Of a stretch of 64,000 bases of DNA, positions 59,094 through 64,000 are shown one piece after another (the first letter of the stretch is position 1; each line of letters starts with the position of its first letter). The notes below the pieces were generated by a model, which had not been told where the DNA came from, did no database searches, and saw only the letters and a program-made list of their open reading frames with translations. The position numbers and the translations under genes were made by a program. The DNA is from Bdellovibrionota bacterium FG-1 (GTDB taxonomy: Bacteria > Bdellovibrionota > UBA1018): contig JBBCAW010000023.1 in NCBI GenBank assembly GCA_051382295.1, forward strand, positions 1-64,000, given 5' to 3'.

Positions 59094-60896
59094 ATGAAAG
59101 AACCCATCCCATTCCGAGTTTGGCTACCCAGGCAAATCCGCCCTGTCATCCTGGTCGCGGGTCTAATCGGCATTGTTTTAAGCTCTGTAACACTCGTACA
59201 GACTGCGCGAGACGGAATTGAGCGCTGGAACATGGCGACCCAAACCTGGGCTCGATCGGCAGAAATCCTAATTTCGAAACGCGATATTCCCACGCTCGAG
59301 GCAGTCTCCGAATTTTTGCGCCATGAATATCCTTCTCTTCGAATCTCAATTTCAGATGACCGGGAAATACCCCAAGTTCTTTGGAGTTATCCGGAAAATG
59401 GCCTCAATCGTGAGCTATCAGACTCAAGAACATTCAACAGGAGGATTGAACTCAATACGACGGGTAAAGTTTCTGCGGATCTTCGCATAAATTGGTTGGA
59501 TGTGTTTTATAGAGTCAATATAACTGGAGTGGTCGTCGTCTTCCTACTTTTGCTCGGAATGTTGAGTTTTATCTGGATTTTGCGTCTATGTACCCTGCGT
59601 ATCGTAAATGAGGTAGACCGTCTAAAATTTGGGTCTACCTCTGCCGTTCTTGAACTGACTGAGCTAGTCAAGGCACGCGAACAAGCTGAGAAGGAACGCA
59701 CAGAGACCAAGGGAAAGGTCGCTTTGGGCCTTCTTGCGACTCAAGTTGCACATGACATTCGCTCACCTTTGGCCTCACTCGAAATGGCTACAAAAGATTC
59801 CTCAGGTTTGCCTGAAGATACTCGGATTATCATTCGGAGCGCGGTTGGACGCATAAAGGATATTGCACACACTTTACTCATTCAAAATCGTGCAAACTCT
59901 CAATCAGGATCCATCCTTCAAGTCGATTGTTCCACTCATGTTGAGAATAAATCTATTCAACTACTTTCTAGCTCGATTGATGAAATCATATCCGAAAAAC
60001 GAATGCAATTTCGGACGAAGCTTGGAATTCAGATTTCTGCCAGACTAGACGAAGCATCCTACGGCCTATTTTCCTTGATTCAGCCCACAGAATTTAAACG
60101 TGTACTTTCGAACCTAATCAACAATAGCGTAGAAACTCTCGGTGAACAGGGCACAATTGCGGCTGATCTTTCGGTTACCAATGAGCAATTCATTCAAATT
60201 CGAATTCAAGACAATGGTAAAGGAATTCCCGCCGAGCTTCTTGCGAAGCTTGGCAATAGAGGTGAAACTCACGGTAAGGAGGGTGGCTCTGGACTCGGGT
60301 TATTTCATGCCCGCACCTCAATTGAAAACTGGGGTGGAAAATTTGCAATCGATTCGAAGGTAGGCCAAGGCACCACAACGCTCATTACTCTACCCAAGCT
60401 AAAAGCACCAGCTTGGTTTGCAGACGCCCTTAGGCTTCAACCCAAGTCAACTGTGGTTATCTTAGACGATGACGAGAGCATTCATCATATTTGGGATGGA
60501 CGGGCAGATTCGTCTAAATTTCAAGAACAGGGAATAAAACTCGTTCATCTCTCTACCCCTTTGCAAGTCCGCAATTGGATTTCAAGCTCGACAGACAAAA
60601 CCGTGCCGATTCAATTTCTTTTTGATTACGAATTACTTGATTTTAAGGAGTCTGGCTTAGATCTGGTTGAAAAATTAGGTATTGCTCGACAAACGATATT
60701 GGTCACTAGCCGTTACGAAGAACTAGCCATTCGGGAACGGTGTGAAAAGCTAAAACTTCGCATGATACCAAAAGGTATGGCTGGGTTTGTGCCCATAAGT
60801 ATTAGGGACTTACGTATTACCATCCTTGAAGACAAATCGGTTTCAGTTTCATGCGTTTTTGTAGATCCAAGCGCTCCGGTCAAAGCCTCGGATTAA
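59094..60896 (+). CDS. Membrane sensor histidine kinase with degenerate C-terminal receiver-like domain
   Basis: Two TMs, 'QVAHDIRSPL', 'NLINNS', 'DNGKGI', 'GSGLGL', 'VILDDDESIH'. Confidence 0.9.
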   Translation: MKEPIPFRVWLPRQIRPVILVAGLIGIVLSSVTLVQTARDGIERWNMATQTWARSAEILISKRDIPTLEAVSEFLRHEYPSLRISISDDREIPQVLWSYPENGLNRELSDSRTFNRRIELNTTGKVSADLRINWLDVFYRVNITGVVVVFLLLLGMLSFIWILRLCTLRIVNEVDRLKFGSTSAVLELTELVKAREQAEKERTETKGKVALGLLATQVAHDIRSPLASLEMATKDSSGLPEDTRIIIRSAVGRIKDIAHTLLIQNRANSQSGSILQVDCSTHVENKSIQLLSSSIDEIISEKRMQFRTKLGIQISARLDEASYGLFSLIQPTEFKRVLSNLINNSVETLGEQGTIAADLSVTNEQFIQIRIQDNGKGIPAELLAKLGNRGETHGKEGGSGLGLFHARTSIENWGGKFAIDSKVGQGTTTLITLPKLKAPAWFADALRLQPKSTVVILDDDESIHHIWDGRADSSKFQEQGIKLVHLSTPLQVRNWISSSTDKTVPIQFLFDYELLDFKESGLDLVEKLGIARQTILVTSRYEELAIRERCEKLKLRMIPKGMAGFVPISIRDLRITILEDKSVSVSCVFVDPSAPVKASD

Positions 60897-60910
60897 CGCC
60901 CCGATCCCAC

Positions 60911-61016
60911 GTGGGGGGCTCCCGGAAAAAGTGAGGGGATCCGCGCGCGCAGGATGCGCTTTTTGCGCGGAGGCCAAGGAAGGCCGACCCCGACATCTTT
61001 TACCGGGAGCCCCCAC
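60911..61016. repeat. ~106-bp GC-rich nested palindrome (MITE/REP-like) between convergent genes
   Basis: Arms GTGGGGGGCTCCCGGAAAAAG and CTTTTACCGGGAGCCCCCAC, with inner GCGCAGGATGCGC and GGCCAAGGAAGGCC. Confidence 0.75.
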
Positions 61017-61017
61017 C

Positions 61018-62022
61018 TCAAAATCCGTAGGTCATCCCCAAAGTCAAAGACGACGAAGAGATCACAATCCCGTAATCCACTAAGTTCAAATTAATCGCCG
61101 CCAGATCCACCGACACACCCAGTGTACGGCCACTCTGAAGAGGCCAGGAATAACCTAAACCCGTGGCGATTTCGTGGCTATCCAGCGAAGTAAAACCAAA
61201 ATCGGCCGACACGGGCGAAAATTTAAAATAACCGCCGATGGAATCGCCTTTTTTGAAAAGTCTGCGAATCGTAGGAAAAATCTGCGGACCCGCCATGTTT
61301 TGAAATCCAAAACTCGCGGAGCGCACAAACATCGTCGTATAGTAAAGACCCGTTTGAAGACTGACTCGCCAAGGCTCGTGCACAAAGGGCAACAAGTATC
61401 CAACCCTCAAATTGATTCCCAAAAAACGGGCCGCATCATCTTGATTGGCGGCAAAGGGCAACACCGTAAAAAAAACGCTCGCGCCCCAATCAAAATGAGG
61501 GGGCAACAACATCGAGGCATAGGTCGCCTTTGCCGTCAGACCCAACTCCGAAAAAGGAGTACTGAGGCGATTGTCATTCACCGAAATTCGACTCACTCCA
61601 AAACCCGGCGTAAAAAATCGGGTTTTGGGCGGGCGCGAAGCCGCGCTCTCCTTAAATTTTAGCCACTGCGCGATAAAAATCCCAATTTCCTGTTTTCGTA
61701 AAGTTCCACGTGCATCAATCACATAGAGGTCAAGCTGAGTAGCTTGAGTCTTGATCGGCACCTTCAACTCAAAATCCCCGGATGGCTTAAGCAGTACGAC
61801 GTCATCCTTCCAAATGAGCGTCACATGGGGAGTCACACATCGCGCGCTCACCTTGGCGGTGTAAACCACCTCGGTACCGCGAGGCGTGACTTCCATTTCG
61901 GGGCCCGGCTCCGTGATTTGAAGATCAGGAGTCTTGGCCTTCCCGCCCTCTTGCACATATACGGCAATCCCCTTCAAATCACCCGCCTGCGCGAGACCGA
62001 TGCTCCAAAAAACACTCGCCAC
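61018..62022 (-). CDS. Exported protein: Ig-like N-domain plus probable outer-membrane beta-barrel
   Basis: Amphipathic strands and terminal 'LTLGMTYGF' beta-signal. Start uncertain. Confidence 0.65.
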   Translation of the reverse strand: MASVFWSIGLAQAGDLKGIAVYVQEGGKAKTPDLQITEPGPEMEVTPRGTEVVYTAKVSARCVTPHVTLIWKDDVVLLKPSGDFELKVPIKTQATQLDLYVIDARGTLRKQEIGIFIAQWLKFKESAASRPPKTRFFTPGFGVSRISVNDNRLSTPFSELGLTAKATYASMLLPPHFDWGASVFFTVLPFAANQDDAARFLGINLRVGYLLPFVHEPWRVSLQTGLYYTTMFVRSASFGFQNMAGPQIFPTIRRLFKKGDSIGGYFKFSPVSADFGFTSLDSHEIATGLGYSWPLQSGRTLGVSVDLAAINLNLVDYGIVISSSSLTLGMTYGF

Positions 62023-62055
62023 CGCAATTTGAAAACCCCATTTTAAACGAATAAA

Positions 62056-62748
62056 TCAATGCCCTTCTGAAAGAACTGCTTGAATTGCCGGCAAATGCCC
62101 CATGGCGGGCTTCTTTTGCACGAGCTCTTGAGCCACTTGATAAGCCTCCGTGCCCCGTCCCAGATCTCTCAGCGAATGAATTTCCTGCAACCACGCCGGT
62201 AGCAAATCGGGATCGCCCTGTCTTCCCTTATGAAAGAAAGCCAAGGCCTCCTGGATCCGTCCTGCCGATGCGGACTTTTCACCCTGCTGTAAATATTCCT
62301 CGGCGCTAGAGGGAGCCGCCACCTCACTCTCCCAATCTTTAGCCACGGCTTGTTTCTGGACCGCCTGCTTGAACCCTTCGACAATCGCGGGGGCGATCTT
62401 CGCGACGACAGGCTTAGCAACAACAGGCCGTACAGCATAAATTTTAGCCAAGCCAAACTTTCTGCGCCAAAAGGAAAGTAAAGCCGCCTGCCCCTGTTCA
62501 GGGGTCAAAGCAGCCGCACGAGGCAACGAAATTCGTTGGCCAATCCGAATTCGATAAGGAGGCTGGATCTCGTTTTTCTTAGCAATTTCACGCCAAAACC
62601 GAGAATGACCATAAAGTTGAATCGAAATCACAGAAAGGGTTTCGCCCCGCTCCCGAACCACATATTCCTTTTGAGAGGGGGGCGGCGGGGCTGCCCAAAC
62701 CTTAGACAGGCCTAACAAAACCCCTAAAAAGCACCCCACCCGGACCAT
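62056..62748 (-). CDS. Exported LysM-domain plus TPR protein
   Basis: 'YVVRERGETLS.IS..LYG....W.EIA..N.I..P..IRIGQ.I.LP' and C-terminal TPR-like helices. Start taken at ATG 62748. Confidence 0.8.
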   Translation of the reverse strand: MVRVGCFLGVLLGLSKVWAAPPPPSQKEYVVRERGETLSVISIQLYGHSRFWREIAKKNEIQPPYRIRIGQRISLPRAAALTPEQGQAALLSFWRRKFGLAKIYAVRPVVAKPVVAKIAPAIVEGFKQAVQKQAVAKDWESEVAAPSSAEEYLQQGEKSASAGRIQEALAFFHKGRQGDPDLLPAWLQEIHSLRDLGRGTEAYQVAQELVQKKPAMGHLPAIQAVLSEGH

Positions 62749-62963
62749 CCCTAAACGGCGGATTTCAAAGATATTTATGAGCAAAGGATGACGCATTTGT
62801 TCTGAGTATACCCAGGGGGTCAAAGAGGCAGCAAGAGGTTTCATTATTTCCCTCAACTTTTGACGCACCGCACCGATAAAGTAGTAGATCAAACATTGAC
62901 TAATTTAGTCAACTTCTTCAAAATAGAATGAAAGACCTTCCCTGTTCACCACTTAGGGGGAAT

Positions 62964-63785
62964 ATGTCCACCAGGCTCCGTCCCAAGACTCCCATAGCCC
63001 TCCTCATCACCGCCTTGTTGGCTGGAGTGATAGGGCATGGGTGTGCGTTGGGCACAGATAACTCCACACCCACTCCCCAACTCGTGAAGGCCTGTATTGT
63101 GCCTTCCGATCAAGCCGCCACGATTGCCGGCCATTGGCGCATCTCCCCCATTCCCATCGCCTTTCATCAGAACGATTGGCAACCGGACGAGATCGCCGAA
63201 ATCGTCAAAGCAGCCGACATTTGGAATACCTTTTACAGTGCCACTCAAGGAGTCAAAGTTTTGGACTATGGCACCGATGCCGGCAATGTACGAATATCGT
63301 CTCAAGGCGTTCCGACGAATGTCTGCGGACAAGGTTTGTTGGCGGGCAATCAGTTTTCTGGCCCCGTGGTCATCTACAAACAAGGCACCTGGCCGCACGC
63401 CAGCGGGGCCCAAAGCACAATCGCCCTCACCAACTTTTGCACGAGTCCGGCCAAACCCTATCCCTCTACTTATATGGCCTATATGGAAGTCAATTATCAG
63501 TACTTCTTTACGGCGGGTCACAAAATCCCGGATCTCCAAACCATTATTGCCCACGAACTCGGACATCTTTTGGGACTCTACCATAGCTGCGACATGGGTT
63601 CGACGAAGCCGGGTACTCCCGATTGCCTGAGCGCGAAACTCAACACCGATTACAAAAGAGCGCTCATGTTTCCGGTCTTCGGCTTTAACGAAGATCTCAC
63701 CGGTGAGCAAAAACGAGCGCTCGCCTCCAATGACCAAGGCCGTGCTAACTGCCTTTATCAAAAAGCGGCGGGCCCCTCGCCTTGA
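62964..63785 (+). CDS. Matrixin-like (metzincin) zinc metalloprotease lipoprotein
   Basis: 'HELGHLLGLYH', Met-turn 'ALMFP', lipobox-like 'GHGC'. Confidence 0.85.
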   Translation: MSTRLRPKTPIALLITALLAGVIGHGCALGTDNSTPTPQLVKACIVPSDQAATIAGHWRISPIPIAFHQNDWQPDEIAEIVKAADIWNTFYSATQGVKVLDYGTDAGNVRISSQGVPTNVCGQGLLAGNQFSGPVVIYKQGTWPHASGAQSTIALTNFCTSPAKPYPSTYMAYMEVNYQYFFTAGHKIPDLQTIIAHELGHLLGLYHSCDMGSTKPGTPDCLSAKLNTDYKRALMFPVFGFNEDLTGEQKRALASNDQGRANCLYQKAAGPSP

Positions 63786-64000
63786 TTCCTCAGCTCATCC
63801 CCCCCCAGATCGTCTTCGAAGCCCCCCCCCTCATTTTTTTGGATAAACCCGCCGGTCTCTTAAGCCAGGGTGAACACACCGGCGACCCTAACCTAGTCGA
63901 TTGGCTTCGCGACTACTTAGGACGACCCTATGTCGGGTTGATTCATCGACTCGACCGTAATACCTCGGGTTTGATGATTGTCGCCAAACGAAGCAAATCG
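63782..64000 (+). CDS. RluA-family pseudouridine synthase, 3'-truncated by the window
   Basis: Manual translation from TTG 63782 gives 'DKPAGLLSQG...VGLIHRLDRNTSGLMIVAK'. Confidence 0.85.
   Translation, partial: MIPQLIPPQIVFEAPPLIFLDKPAGLLSQGEHTGDPNLVDWLRDYLGRPYVGLIHRLDRNTSGLMIVAKRSKS

Noticed and set aside
62946..63761. 271-aa minus-strand ORF and alternative plus frames
   Set aside because: Shadows of the metalloprotease, which has a clear zinc motif.

Overview
Bacterial chromosomal window of roughly 50% GC (estimated by eye). Gene content suggests a Bdellovibrionota/Oligoflexia-like organism (inference from an FHA-GGDEF DgcB-like cyclase, an RCC1/LamG surface protein, a PrkA-like ATPase and many secreted orphans). 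The housekeeping backbone includes ppiD-like, mreC-mreD-mrdA-rodA, rlmN, two acyl-CoA dehydrogenases, pgi, mutL-miaA, ilvE, a 5'-nucleotidase, two RluA-family genes and tyrosine phenol-lyase. It is interrupted by small integrase-free accessory islets: three toxin-antitoxin-like pairs, three solitary AAA+/DUF4143 ATPases and secreted orphans. Notable non-gene structure: (1) a dispersed palindromic repeat family (CTGCC-N7-GGCAG) forming an alternating array with an exact 51-bp period and sitting at gene-truncation points; (2) two TA islets each bracketed by a duplicate of the host gene 3' end; (3) two orphan secreted genes sharing a two-box enhancer plus sigma-54 promoter, one with a heptamer tandem repeat between enhancer and promoter; (4) a coupled four-gene envelope operon (AsmA/TamB-like, small lipoprotein, TolB-like/TPR, monoheme cytochrome c lipoprotein). 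No rRNA, tRNA, cas gene, integrase or transposase was recognised. All family names come from motif recognition, not database searches.
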